Positions 43,340 to 56,860 of a DNA stretch of 64,000 nt are shown one piece after another. Position 1 is the first letter of the stretch. Each line of letters starts with the position of its first letter. This DNA comes from Eledone cirrhosa. Taxonomy: Eukaryota. The position numbers and the translations under genes are program-made. The notes beneath the pieces are model-generated. The model ran no database searches. It was not told where the DNA came from and saw only the letters and a list, made by a program, of their open reading frames with translations. The stretch covers positions 44,578,001-44,642,000 of the forward strand of contig OZ024756.1 of the NCBI GenBank assembly GCA_964016885.1, read 5' to 3'.

Positions 43340-44447
43340 AATATAGGGGAACTGTGGTAGTATAGGGGAACTGTGGTAGTATAGGGGAACTGTGGTAGTA
43401 TAGGGGAACTGTGGTAGTATAGGGGAAGTGTGGTAGTATAGGGGAACTGTGGTAGTATAGGGGAACTGTGGTAGTATAGGGGAACTGTGGTAGTATAGGG
43501 GAACTGGGGTAGTATAGGGGAACTGTGGTAGTATAGGGGAAGTGTGGTAGTATAGGGGAACTGGGGTAATATAGGGGAACTGTGGTAGTATAGGGGAACT
43601 GTAGTAGTATAGGGGAACTGGGATATTATAGGGGAACTGTGGTAGTATAGGGGAACTGTGGTAATATAGGGGAATTGTGGTAATAAAGGGGAACTGTGGT
43701 AGTATAGGGGAACTGTGGTATTATAGGGGAACTGTGGTAGTATAGGGGAACTGTGGTAATATAGGGGAAATGTGGTATTATAGGGTAACTGTGGTAGTAT
43801 AGGGGAACTGTGGTAATATAGGGGAACTGTGGTAGTATAGGGGAACTGTGGTAGTATAGGGGAACTGGGGTAATATAGGGGAAACTGTGGTTTTATAGGA
43901 GAACTGTGGTAGTATAGGGAAACTGTGGTAATATGGGGAACTGTGGTAATATAGGGGAACTGTGGTAGTATAGGGGAACTGTGGTATTATAGGGTAACTG
44001 TGGTAGTATAGGGGAACTGTGGTAATATAGGGGAACTGTGGTAGTATAGGGGAACTGTGGTAATATAGGGGAAATGTGGTATTATAGGGTAACTGTGGTA
44101 ATATAGGGGAACTGTGGTAATATAGGGGAAATGTGGTATTATAGGGTAACTGTGGTAGTATAGGGGAACTGTGGTAATATAGGGGAACTGTGGTAGTATA
44201 GGGGAACTGTGGTAGTATAGGGGAACTGGGGTAATATAGGGGAAACTGTGGTTTTATAGGAGAACTGTGGTAATATGGGGAACTGTGGTAATATAGGGGA
44301 ACTGTGGTAGTATAGGGGAACTGTGGTAGTATAGGGGAACTGGGGTAATATAGGGGAAACTGTGGTTTTATAGGAGAACTGTGGTAGTATAGGGAAACTG
44401 TGGTAATATGGGGAACTGTGGTAATATAGGGGAACTGTGGTAGTATA
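43340..44447. repeat. 20-bp G-rich minisatellite (GGGGAACTGTGGTAGTATAG-like), about 55 units
   Basis: Directly visible, with recurring variant blocks. Confidence 0.95.
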
Positions 44448-44497
44448 GCAATATATGATCTTTGAATTTATCATTACTACTCTATCTATATATATAA

Positions 44498-44585
<88 letters not shown>

Positions 44586-45157
44586 TTAATAAATGAAACG
44601 AAACAAAACCCAGCCAAATTATAGTTATATTAGCAATGTTGCGCACGAAAAGAAATGGACTATATGTGGAAAATGAAGAAATTAATTTCCTCATAAGCCT
44701 ATGTATATATACATTAATACACACACACACATATATACATACAAACATACACACACACATACATACGCACACACACATACACCAGGCATACTAAATATAT
44801 TTATGGGTGTGAAAGAAGAAAGCTGACCCTTGGTCCTACTTAGTGTCATTCTTGCATTCATGTACTGATGATCTGACATTTAGCTATCACAAGTTGTTTG
44901 TCAAGATGATTTCTATAGCTCCCACTGTCACATTATTCCAATCTCTTGTCTATTCAACGCAACACTGATTCTAGGAATCCAAACATTTCGAGAATAAGAT
45001 TACAAGATTGATAAATCCTGCTCAACGTAAAATGAGGTTTCAATGGGAATTACAACGAATTATTAGCTTTCATTTTTTAAAATCATTTTTACTGTTGTTG
45101 TTTTGTGTATTTCATACATTTTATTACTAATTATATCTAAATGTTCCTTCTCTCTTC

Positions 45158-45275
<118 letters not shown>

Positions 45276-45418
45276 TGTGTATATATATATAATTTACATC
45301 TATATACAGAGAAATGTGTATATATGTATGCATATATGTATGTATATATGTATGAATGTATATATGTATGTATTTGTGTGTGTGTGAACGCTTGTGTTTG
45401 TCACCGTGTGATTATGTG

Positions 45419-45640
45419 TAGATGAATGTCTATAAAAGTGCATTGACTAGATCATAGTAAAGGATATTATTATTGAATATATAAAATATCGATAAAATAA
45501 AGTAGATGAATGTCTATAAAAGTGCATTGACTAGATCATAGTAAAGGATATTATTATTGAATATATAAAATATCGATAAAATAAAGTACCAGTAATGCAC
45601 TGGGTAATTGCTGGCCTTGTGCCAAAAGTAGAAACGATTA
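45419..45640 (+). repeat. 84-bp tandem duplication fused to a SINE 3' half
   Basis: TAGATGAATGTCTATAAAAGTGC...GATAAAATAAAGTA occurs twice, followed by the SINE tail. Confidence 0.75.
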
Positions 45641-45879
45641 TTATTGAATATAAAGAAGCAAAAAGATGAGAAATGGAGAAGAGTGTATAGTGTCGTCTGT
45701 TATGATGTATGAAAGACAATGTTATTTCTCTGTCCTTGTTATGGTGTAATCACTCTACTAAAGAAGACACTAAATGTCCTACATTCGCATTCACTGTCTC
45801 TACCGCCTGTATATATATATATATCCTTTATGTCCTTGATGTGAAATCGTGTGTTGAAAGATATATTTCAGGATGGTCA

Positions 45880-46060
45880 TGTTGCTATGGTCATGTTGCT
45901 AAAATTGCCAATAAAAAAACTCTCAAGCTTCAGGTTTTTTATTAGTTATTATTTAGTTCGTCAAAGTCTTTCGTCACACATGCTGTCACCTAATCAATGA
46001 CTATTTGTTTCCCTTTGTGCTTTCCCTTCTCTTTGGTCTTATTTTATTTACTCTATCTTG
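45880..46060 (-). mobile_element. degenerate pLTR related to the 18240 family
   Basis: GGTCATGTTGC...TTGCCAATAA and a decayed hammerhead GTCA-TTGATTA-G-GTGACA..TGTGAC-GAAAGACTT-TGAC at 45960-46001. Confidence 0.55.
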
Positions 46061-46091
46061 TCTTTCTGTGGTATGTTTCTGTGCGCCTGTG

Positions 46092-46174
<83 letters not shown>

Positions 46175-46711
46175 TGTGTGTGTGTGCGTGTCTGTCTTTA
46201 TATTTAGCACGTGAATGGTGTGGGTTTGTATCTCTATTTCTCTGCTTGTATCATCCTATGTTTTTTGTGGGTGTGTGTGTGTGTGTGTGTTGTGCATGTG
46301 TGTGAGTGTGTACATGTTCCTGATTGATAGGATAGAGTGGGGAAAGTGTGTTTCCTGTTCCTATTTTCAGATTTTTTTATTAGGAAAATGAGAGAATTTC
46401 TACAGAAAAATATAATCAATATTTTAAAATAATCAATAAAATTAATTTTTCTCTCTATGTATGTATGTATTTCTGTGTGTATCTATATATGTGTGTAATT
46501 AGATACACGGGAACATCACAAGGTATATTTGTTTATTGACTTAATCAAAGTATATTTTCATTGAGAGTACTTTACAATTAAGTTGGCTTGCAGTGATCAG
46601 AAGAATTCCTTCTCCCCGTTGAAGTGTTCAAGCCTCAGTTCACACATCTAGCTGCATAGGTGTGTTAATTTTACGAAATTCAGTTGTAAATCTGAGCTTG
46701 ATGTATAGTGA

Positions 46712-46748
<37 letters not shown>

Positions 46749-46809
46749 GAGATGAGCGGAACAAGCAAACTTTAAACATTCTTTTAAAATAAATAAAAAT
46801 ACAATTTTG

Positions 46810-46886
46810 CTTTTACCGACGGTTTCGCCTCACAAAAGATTGGAAATCCAGGGGACTTCCAATGGAAAGATCGGCTCTTCAGAAAG
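46810..46886 (-). ncRNA. type I hammerhead ribozyme with extended helix II, in a TA-flanked 46742-46971 insert
   Basis: CTTT-CTGAAGA-GCC-[about 45 nt incl. ATTGGAAGTCC/GGATTTCCAAT hairpin]-GGC-GAAACCG-t-CGGTA-AAAG. Confidence 0.8.
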
Positions 46887-46969
46887 CATTTTCCCTTACA
46901 TAGGACATATAGTCCCGTAGCAAGCAAATACATCGCCTTCCGCCAGCTAGTGAAAGATCGAGTGGGCCG

Positions 46970-47024
<55 letters not shown>

Positions 47025-47028
<4 letters not shown>

Positions 47029-47299
47029 TCACAAGAATCAAAGCTATGTTCAAAGCATGTATTCACTTACAATTGTTTCATCCAAACCTAGGCTTGGAGT
47101 CTTCGGAGCATTTTTCAATGTTTGTACACATAATTGACCTCCTATATAACTGCTCTGTAGAACAACTGATGTTATTACATTGAGCTATTTATCTTACTGG
47201 TAATAAGGTAGTAATAAATTACTGACCTTCACTGTTTAGGGTTTAAAATATACATAACTATAAAAAGTTTTAATATATACATAACCATAAATACTATCC

Positions 47300-47302
<3 letters not shown>
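47025..47302. mobile_element. Naiad-family pLTR insert with internal inversion and CCGAAGA hammerhead (47065-47109, minus)
   Basis: The left part is colinear with 12040-12150; the right part is the reverse complement of 11880-12030. TA-flanked. Confidence 0.7.
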
Positions 47303-47352
<50 letters not shown>

Positions 47353-48023
47353 AAATGGGGAGAAGAATACTGCAGGTTGCACATGGATAACATGTTATAA
47401 AATGAGTCCCTCATCAGTGATTTTCCAACGATCATAGATATTTCATTGCATTAAAAATCATATACCTCACGTTGGTGCAATAATAACTAAATTAAGTTAA
47501 ATATATATATATGCGAATGAAACAGTTCCAGTCCTATAGAAGTTACTTCGATCACGACCTTTTAAAACAAGATTACCTTACACAAAACGCCATCATCAAC
47601 AGTTTTCCAAGAGATGGGGACCTGTTTTTTTCTCTAAAAAATTTGTTTCGTTTCTGCCAATGCTCGTCTCCTCAAAATGTCTATTTATTCGTTAATTTTT
47701 CATTCTATTTTCCGATGAAGAACTAGCGTCAAAAACGTTAAGCCTTTTTTCCTACTATATCAAGCATAAAACTAATAATATATTTCTTCATTGTACTGTG
47801 TCCTTTGCTTTGTTGCTTCTGTTTGCCTTTTTCGTATGTGTGTGCGTGGGAGTGCATGCGAGCATGCATCTGTGTGTGGGTGTTTCTACTCTGCTTTGAA
47901 GTGCCAGTTTAACTGTGTAACCTTAACCATCAGACGAGTAAAGTGCTGTCATTCCAAGTTAAACGTTAAATGATATTCCAGCCAAGATTCCATCGACGAT
48001 TGCGTGGTGATACAGAAATTGTC

Positions 48024-48024
<1 letters not shown>

Positions 48025-48115
<91 letters not shown>
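48025..48115. repeat. (AGT)n microsatellite
   Basis: Directly visible. Confidence 0.95.
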
Positions 48116-48139
48116 TAGAATTACTATTAACAAGTGTAC

Positions 48140-48392
48140 AAACAAGAGGAATGGTTGCTCAGAAAAACAAGATGGTGGAAGAGAGAACAAAGGAGAGACA
48201 CAAGATAACAACAAAAGTATTTACTGAGGAGGTCACAGAATATGTGGCGAAAGAGCTTTGATAATCAACAACTAAACAACCATCCGGTTATTAAACTAAC
48301 CAACTGGGAAATTATAATAATAAATTGAAGTGAAAGTCAACAGGTGCATGTGTTTTTTTTATTGGCAACCTGACCCTCCCAAAGTATAATAT
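48140..48392 (+). mobile_element. pLTR related to the 18240 family, with hammerhead at 48220-48265
   Basis: CTGAGGA-G-GTCACA-gaata-TGTGGC-GAAAG-ag-CTT; ends TAAATTGAAGTGAAAG...TGACCCTCCCAAAGTATAATATATA. Confidence 0.75.
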
Positions 48393-48660
48393 ATATTTTT
48401 TTTTCTTTTGCGACCACTACAGGGTAGGTGAAGAACACGCCATTAATATTACTAATCTTATACAGAAGATAGAACTGTGAAGAATACGGAGTTTTATGAC
48501 TTAGGAACGCTCTTGCTCCAAACTAAAGTTCTCAATTAGAAATATCTTCCATAAAAAATATCAAACTTGACAGTTGTGTTTATATTGTGACATGTGAGCT
48601 TATATGAGGTTTATATTTATGCATACGTCTATAGAATAATGTACATGATTCTATAAGTTT

Positions 48661-48700
<40 letters not shown>

Positions 48701-48974
48701 CGTATATATATATATATATGTACATTTCCATATATCTATGTTTATACTCTCATATGTATAAGCATACACACCTACTTGCATTCTCTTTCGTCTCTCTGAC
48801 TACCCCACTCCCTTTTTTACATTCACAGGAAGTCATAAAAAACCCGGATGTTGCTTAAGATAAAAAATCTTTTGATTAATTTTTTGTTTGTCTTTTTCGC
48901 ACATAGCGTTCTATTTTGGATAAATCTGAACAAGTTGGTTATCATATTACTTTTCGTTTCACCTGTGTATGTTT

Positions 48975-49250
48975 GTGTTGTGGTGTTGGTGTGGCGTGGT
49001 GTGGTGTAGTGTAGTGTGGTGTTCGTGTAGTGTGGTGTGGTGTGGTGTTAGTGTTGGTGTGGTATTTCTTTTAGTTTGATTTTGTGGCTGGGGTGTAGTG
49101 TGGTATAGTATGGTGTGGTGTGGTATAATGTGGTATGGTGTATTGTGCTGAGTTGTAGTGTGGTTTGGTATAGTATAAAGTAGTATGGTGTAGTGTAGTG
49201 TAGTGTGGTGTGGTGTGTTGTATTGTGTTGTGTTGTAGTATGGTGTGATG
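48975..49250. repeat. (GTGTG/GTGTA)n pentanucleotide-like repeat
   Basis: Directly visible. Confidence 0.8.
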
Positions 49251-49289
49251 TGTTTGGTTATTGCGTGGTCATGATGGGAGAACGGAAGA

Positions 49290-49690
49290 TTCTACATCGT
49301 CGACAAAATGGCGAATGTATTGGCAAAGCAGTCAGTGATACCTGCTACATCATACACCTCCATTTCCGGGCTCCTTTATTGGGCGGAATACTCTCCTCTC
49401 AACTTTACAGAGGAAAACGGCAGTTCGGACACCAAGGATACCTGAGGTCTTGAAGGCGACTGGCACAAAAAGAAAGCAGCCGGTCAAGTCCTGGTATTTA
49501 ATTGTTTTCCTCTCTTTCGTATTACGGAAGGCAGTGCCTTGGATTTGTAATCAAGAACGTGTTGCAGCAGTCCTTGTCTTGCCATAAAACAAAGTTTCAT
49601 CATATCTTTCACTGTCAATCAGAAATTTTGTTAACGATCTCACTCATTCTGGGATTAGCTCCAATCCTTCTGCTTTCACCATCATTCCCC
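49290..49690 (-). pseudogene. degenerate CRE-like non-LTR retrotransposon C-terminus (RLE)
   Basis: Minus-strand KERKTIKYQDLTGCFLFVPVAFKTSGILG resembles the CRE K..KY..L....F.P.A.ET.G..G motif. Confidence 0.5.
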
Positions 49691-49699
49691 CAACACCAC

Positions 49700-49761
<62 letters not shown>

Positions 49762-49776
49762 TGCCAATCATATATG

Positions 49777-49855
<79 letters not shown>

Positions 49856-49875
49856 GTAATGATAATAATAATAAT

Positions 49876-50118
49876 GATTACTTATCGCAAATCCCAGGAA
49901 ACCCGCGTATAGGAGAAATACAAAAGATAGTACTAATGGGAACTGCCCATATACTAAGGAAGGTTCTGTCAATATAAGTACATCACAAGTCTAAACACTA
50001 AAGATGCATGTGTGAGTATGTATGTTCTTTCTTGAACATGGCGGACCTTGTTGTCTCTTGAGGTCACTGGTTGTGACTTGGTGATAACTCGTATGAACAT
50101 AAAGCAAGATAAATGCAA
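49876..50118 (+). mobile_element. 3' end fragment of the R4/Dong element at 52640-56582, in (AAT)n
   Basis: Near-identical to 56340-56582 (YLSQIPGNPRIGEIQKIVLMGTAHILRK plus 3' UTR). Confidence 0.92.
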
Positions 50119-50140
50119 CTGTAATAATAATAATAATAAT

Positions 50141-52594
50141 TTGACAACAACCAGAAGATGCTGTTTGGACAGCTTGAGGGGAAAGAAAGAAGCAACGACT
50201 TGATCCCTGAGGCGGAACAAACTAAAACATTCTGGAGAGGAATATGGGAGCAGGATGTTAAACATAATGACCAGGCAGTGTGGATTGAGACAGTACAGAA
50301 GGAGATTAGTGAACAGGCACTCCAACAAACTGACTTGAGTATCACAGTTGAAACTCTTAAGGGGCAGGCCAAAAAACTAACCAACTGGAAATCACCAGGC
50401 CCAGATGGTGTGCAGGGGTATTGGATTAAAAATATAACATCCCTCCACCCGAAACTGACAACCATGTTCAATGACTGCTTGATGTCAGGTGAGGTACCAG
50501 AGTGGTTGACAAAAGGTACCACAGTTCTGGTAATGAAGGACCGAATCAAGGGTAATGATGTTACCACCTATAGACCTATCACATGTCTGTCCGTAATGTG
50601 GAAACTGTTGACAAGCATTATGTCTGAGGAAATCTACCATCACCTCCACACAAACAACTTGTTACCGGACGAACAGAAAGGATGCCGAAAGAAGTCCCGT
50701 GGTACAAAGGACCAGTTACTTATTGATAAGATGGTAATGAGGAATTGCAAGAGGAGACACACTGATCTTGCCATGGGATGGATAGACTACAAAAAGGCAT
50801 TTGACATGGTGCCTCATTCTTGGATCACCAAAAGCCTAGAGATCTTCAAGGTGGCAGATAACATCAGACAGTTGTTGGGCAAAAGTATGAAGTCCTGGGA
50901 AACAGAGTTAACATCAGCTGGAGAATCCTTGGGAGGCGTGAAGATCAAGGGAGGTATCTTCCAGGGAGATAGTCTGTCCCCTCTGTTGTTTGTCCTTGCC
51001 CTGATGCCCCTGACCATTATACTGCGAAAAGTGAGAGCAGGATACAAGTTGGGAAAGGGAGAGCTTACCATCAATCACCACCTCTTCATGGACGATCTTA
51101 AGCTCTTCGGGAAGAGTGAGAAGGAGTTGGATGTGCTTGTTGACACTGTCCGTATTTTCAGCAATGATATATGTATGCAATTTGGTATTAGTAAGTGTGG
51201 AGTCCTTGTGATGAAGAGGGGTAAATTGAGCAGAAGCAACGGAATCCAGGTACCAACAGGTGAGATGATAAAGGAAATTGACACTGAAGAAGGATACAAG
51301 TATTTGGGTGTTCTGAAGATTGATGACATCAAGAACAAAAAAATGAAAGAATTGATAAGAACTGAATACATTCGGAGAGTAAGGAGCGTATTAAAGTCAC
51401 ATCTGAACAGTAGGAATGCCATAAGTGCAGTAAATTCCCGAGCTGTGTCTATTATTAGATACAGTGCGGAAATTCTGAGATGGAATGTTGCTGAACAAAA
51501 AGAAATGGATAGGAAGACTAGGAAGCTATTGACTATCTACAACATGTTCCACAAGAGGAGTGATGTCGATAGACTCTACTTAAGGAGATCTGAAGTTGGA
51601 AGAGGTCTTATCAGCATAGAGGACTGTGTTCAGATGGAGAAAAACAACCTACACAAATACGTGACTGATAGTAAGGAGCCAATGCTCAGAACTGTACTGA
51701 GGGAGAGGACAATAGACCACGGGATGTCCAAGGAGGAAATAACAAGGAGAAAGAGCAGCCTTCAGGAAAAATCCCTTCATAGTACCTTCTTTGAGAAAAC
51801 TGAATTCAGAGATCCACAGACATGGAACTGGTTGAAAAGAGGAGACCTTAAAAATGCTACAGAAGGAATGTTAATGGCTGCGCAAGAGCAGGCCCTCAAA
51901 ACGAAGTGGTTGAAACACCATATTTACAAGGAGGACGCTAGCCCACTGTGCAGGATCTGTGGAGAGAGTGGGGAGACTGTGGCTCACATTGTATCCGAGT
52001 GTAAACACCTAGCCCAGACTCACTATAAGGGCTGGAGACATGATGTGATGGGCAGTGTGATCCACTGGCACCTATGCAAAGTAAACAATTTACCACATTC
52101 TGAGAAGTGGTATGAGCATAAGCCAGAGTCGGTGATAGAAAACGATCAGGTGAAGGTGCTGTGGGATTTTAGGATACAGACGGACAAGAAACTGGAACAC
52201 AATAGACCTGACCTGGTGGTTTTGGACAAAGAAAAAAGATCGTGCCTGATTGTGGATGTGGCCTGCCCATTCGACACGAGAGTGCAAGAGAAGGAGAGGG
52301 AGAAAATTAACCGATACCAGGACTTAAAGTGGAAAGTAAAAAGGATTTGGAACTGCCATGAAGTCAAAGTGGTCCCGATTGTCATAGGCGCACTAGGTAC
52401 TATCACAAAAAGTTTCCAAGGATGGTTAAAGAAAATTGGCCCCTTCACGCTTTTTGGAACGCTTCAATAGGCATGCTTGCTGGGAACGGCAAGAACCCTC
52501 CAATACGTCCTGAATATCTGAGGCTGCAGGTAGTGGCTTGATATTCATTTCAACAAACTTTCCAGTTAACTAACATCAATGACTGAGACTCAAA

Positions 52595-52597
<3 letters not shown>
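50141..52597 (+). mobile_element. 5'-truncated R4/Dong-like non-LTR retrotransposon (second family) in (AAT)n
   Basis: ORF 50158-52470 has RT (WKSPGPDG, YRPITCL, QGDSLSP, FMDDLKLF), CCHC (CRICGESGETVAHIVSEC) and RLE (RPDLVV..D..K.Y). A premature TAG at 52468 precedes ACLLGTARTL. Confidence 0.92.
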
Positions 52598-52639
<42 letters not shown>

Positions 52640-52640
<1 letters not shown>

Positions 52641-55600
52641 CCCGTGACCAAGAAATACCGGGATGGCGGCCGGCGGGGAATAGCCGTGTCTCTAGGGGAG
52701 AACGACCCCTCTAGTCTTAGTTGACACTCGTTCTAGAAGTGGTAACACGAAATGATTACCCCTTGGCGGATAAGGATAAAACGCGACAAAATAAAGTAAA
52801 TGTCTAATGATAAAATCTCATACCGGATCGGCCGTCACCCGGGTAAAAAAGGGCCGCGTCCCTCAGAGAGGAACCAGACTGGGGTCTAAAAATCAGCTAA
52901 TGGTTCAAACCTTCCCATCACTTCGGAGCTGGAGACCTCCCATAACCGGAATACTCCTACTGTTGGCCCTCCATGCTCACCACCAAGAAATCCAAAGAAA
53001 AAGAGAGAAAAATGGTCAAGGGAAGATAATAAAGAAGTCCTTGAGGCTTTCTACACTGCCATGTACTACCCATCAAATACATCGAATACAGAACAGACAT
53101 ATATCAACTGGAAAAAGAAACATCCCGAAAACAGAGGCTATATTGACAGTAACAAACTAGCTAATATACGAAGAAATATTGTAAGAAAAAAGTTACTAAC
53201 TGATATAGAAATTGATCAGATCAAGCTATTAGCACAAAGTCAGCGAAGGGAAAATGAAACATGTGTCAGTGAAAACGAGGTAAACTGTAACACTTCGAAC
53301 CCCAGGGTTGGGGCGGAATCACTGGCAACAGAACAAATTAAAGAAAGGATCGAAAAAGTGGAGGGAGTGCATGCTCAGGATGAAACTCCAAATGGAAATA
53401 ATGAGATCGTAAATGATAAAGAAATGAATGAGAATGAACTTGCCAACTTGAAGGATGAAATTATGATCGAATGGATGAAAATGAAAGAATCTGACATGGG
53501 GCAACGAGACACCCTCCCTAAGATCCAGAACTCCAAACAGAACCAAAAGATAATACACAAGACTAACATAATTCTCAAAAACATTATCATCACAAACAAA
53601 CTAAACATTACTGATTTAAATCATCTCTATTATGCATCGGCTAAAGTCACCACTCACTTATGTGGAGTGAAGATGAAAAAACAAAGGAATTCCCACAAGA
53701 AATCTACTTGGCAAGAGAACGTCAATCACCAAATAAACCTTCTCCGATCTGACATAGAAATTTTAACAAACTATAAAGTAGGTGAACATGTTAAACAAAC
53801 TAAACTTAGAAAATTGAAAAAAAAGTACAGTATAAAATCAACATGTGACATAGACATGCTGATAGAAATAATCAAGCAAAAAGTGTCGGCCAAAGCTGCT
53901 CGTATAAGGCGCTTTGAAAAACGATCTAGATTCTATAAGGACAATAATATGTTCAAAAATAACCAAAGAAACTTCTACAGAAAAATTGGTAAGTCAACAA
54001 TAACTGCTAAATCAATACCACCCAAGGAGGAAGTGCAAGAATTCTGGGAAAAGATCTGGGCCGAAGAAAAAGTTCATAACATACATGCCCCATGGATAGA
54101 CAGACAAATGAAAGATACAGCTCACCTTGAGGAACAAATATGGGAAAATATAACAGTTGAACAGTTGCGCTTGGCTCTAAGAAAAACCAGCAAATGGAAA
54201 TCCCCAGGAAAAGACAAAATACAAAACTTTTGGATAAATGCCTTCACAGAGTCTCATGAGCTGTTAGCCCAGCTTTACAATGAAATAGTTAAGGAGCCAG
54301 AAAAGATACCATCATGGCTAGTTAACGGCATTACATTCCTGCTTCCGAAGAATGATGAGACAAACAATCCCAAAAATTACAGACCGATAACTTGCTTGAC
54401 CACAATGTATAAAATTTTAACATCAGTCCTAACTGAATACACATATGACCACCTGATAACAAATGACCTATTTCCCATTGAGCAGAAAGGGTGTAAACGA
54501 GGCTCATATGGCTGTAAGGATCAGCTTCTGGTTAACAAAATGATACTGGAAGATTGTCATAATAGACACAAAAATCTATCGATTGCTTGGATAGATTATA
54601 AAAAAGCATTCGATAGTTTGCCACACAGTTGGATTGAAAAATGTTTAGAGATTTTCAAAATATCCCCCGTTATCAGGAGGTTTTTGTCATTCAGTATGAG
54701 GACATGGAGAACGACACTCCTTTTGAATAGTGAAACAAAATCACTGGAAGCTGGAGAAGTTAACATTAATTGTGGAATTTTTCAGGGTGACTCTTTATCA
54801 CCGCTTTTATTCTGCATCGCACTTATACCATTAAGTAAAATGCTCAATGAAACAAAACATGGATATAGAGTCTATGACAAAACCATTAATCACCTGTTCT
54901 ACATGGATGACCTGAAACTATTTGCAAAAAATGATGAACAATTGCAAGGGCTATTATCCACTGTGAAGCAGTTCAGTGATGACATTAAAATGGAGTTTGG
55001 ACTGGATAAATGCGCCAAAGCAACGTTCACCAGAGGAAAGCTGCTGAAGAGTTCAGACATTAATCTTGATCGGGGGAACGTGATAAGAGAGCTTGATCAA
55101 GAACAAACTTACAAATACCTAGGTGTTTGTGAAGGAGACGGAATCAAGCACTCGACAATGAGGGAAAGGATAAGGAAGGAATGTTACCGCAGAGTCAGAG
55201 CAATCTTAAGAACGGAATTGAATGCAAGGAATAGGATTGATGCCATAAACACGCTTGCCATACCAGTAGTAACCTACAGTTACAATGTCATCAACTGGTC
55301 AAGCACAGAGATCCGTAGGCTCGATACAAAAATCCGAAAATTCTTAACCATGCACAGAATGCATCACCCTAAGGCAGACATAGATAGAATATATCTCCCT
55401 AGGAAAGAAGGAGGGCGTGGGTTAGACATTGCGTTGAAAACTGCAACAATTGGATTATCCACATATCTAAGGGAATCACATGATTGGATGATAAAACTCG
55501 TTTTGAAACACGAAAGCACCAAAAGATCATATTCCATTACAAAAGATGCACAAAGATACAGTAATGGACTACAAATTTCAGAAGTCCCATTTACTGCTGA

Positions 55601-56582
55601 AATGGAAAACACAGAAAAAGCAAAGCAGGTAAAAGTAACTGCAAAGAAAGAACTGCTACAGAAACTGGCTAAGAAATGGCAAGAAAAGCCTCTGTATGGA
55701 AAATACCCAGAGCGAGCTAACAATCCTGATGTTGACAAAACTTTAACCCATCAGTGGTTGGCATCCTCTGGACTGAAATCGGAGACTGAAGGACTGATTA
55801 TATCCGCACAAGATCAGTGTCTGCCAACAAAAAATTACCAAGCCAACATAATAAAAAATGGGTGCAGCCCATTATGCCGTGTATGCAAAAAACAACCAGA
55901 GACCATTGACCATATAATTTCAATGTGCAATCCTATAGCTCCAACCGAATACCTAAACAGGCATGACAGAGCTGCACAATACATACATTGGATAATGTGT
56001 AAGCATTTTGACCTGCCCCATCAAAAGAATTGGTGGGAGCATCAACCACCTCCCATACTTGAAAAAGATCACATCTCAATCTTGTGGAACTTTAGCATCC
56101 AAACAGACCGAAAAATAGATGCAAATAGACCTGATATAATATTGAAGGACTTTCAAAGGAGGGTATGCCTGCTAATTGATATGTCTGTTCCAATAGACAA
56201 GAATGTATCTATAAAAACATTTGAAAAATTGAGCAAGTATAAGGACCTGGAGATAGAAATTGGAAAAATGTGGAAATTGAGAACTAAAACAATACCAGTG
56301 GTTGTAGGCGCTCTGGGAATGATACCTAAGGGGTCTAACGACTACTTATCGCAAATCCCAGGAAACCCGCGTATAGGAGAAATACAAAAGATAGTACTAA
56401 TGGGAACTGCCCATATACTAAGGAAGATCCTGTCAATATAAGTACATCACAAGTCTAAACACTAAGGATGCATGTGTGAATATGTGTGTTCTTTCTTGAA
56501 CATGGCGGACCTTGTTGTCTCTTGAGGTCACTGGTTGTGACTTGGTGATAACTCGTATAAACATAAAGCAAGATAAATGCAA
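52640..56582 (+). mobile_element. full-length R4/Dong-like non-LTR retrotransposon in (AAT)n
   Basis: 160-nt structured 5' UTR, single ORF, short 3' UTR, (AAT)n on both sides. Confidence 0.93.
52800..56441 (+). CDS. RT, CCHC and restriction-like endonuclease polyprotein; one in-frame TAA at 52887 (track ORF starts at 53061)
   Basis: ATG at 52800 is in frame. KWSREDNKEVLEAFY lies upstream of the track start. YMDDLKLF, GGRGL, CRVC....ETIDHIISMC and RPDII...LIDMSVP..K..KY. Confidence 0.88.
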
Positions 56583-56599
56583 ATAATAATAATAATAAT

Positions 56600-56860
56600 A
56601 ATTATAGTTATGTATACACTATATACAACTATAATCAGGAAAGGTCAGTAATTTATTACTACCTTATTATCAGTAAGAAAAATAGCTCAATGTAAATATA
56701 TGAGATGTTTTACAGAGCCGGAATATAAATTATACTATAATCAAAGCTATGATCAAATCATTTTATTGCTGACAATCGTTTGTTCCAAACGACAGTTTGG
56801 AATCATCGGAGCATTAGCAATGTTTGTACATATAATTAACCTCCTATTTAACTGAACAAT
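56600..56860 (-). mobile_element. diverged Naiad-family pLTR with decayed CCGATGA hammerhead (56768-56812)
   Basis: Colinear with 11880-12150 (TTACTACCTTATTA.CAGTAAG...TAGCTCAATGTAAA...TTACAGAGC). Confidence 0.7.

Noticed and set aside
43340-44447. Telomeric repeat array
   Set aside because: The unit is 20 bp, not TTAGGG/TTAGG; interstitial minisatellite.
44820-45060. Possible decayed LINE RT (LGP...TDDL)
   Set aside because: Too short and frame-broken to support.
47705-47745. Hammerhead-like remnants here, at 38063-38095 and at 47515-47545
   Set aside because: Core or GAAA is mutated or missing and helices are incomplete; probably decayed pLTRs, not counted as ribozymes.
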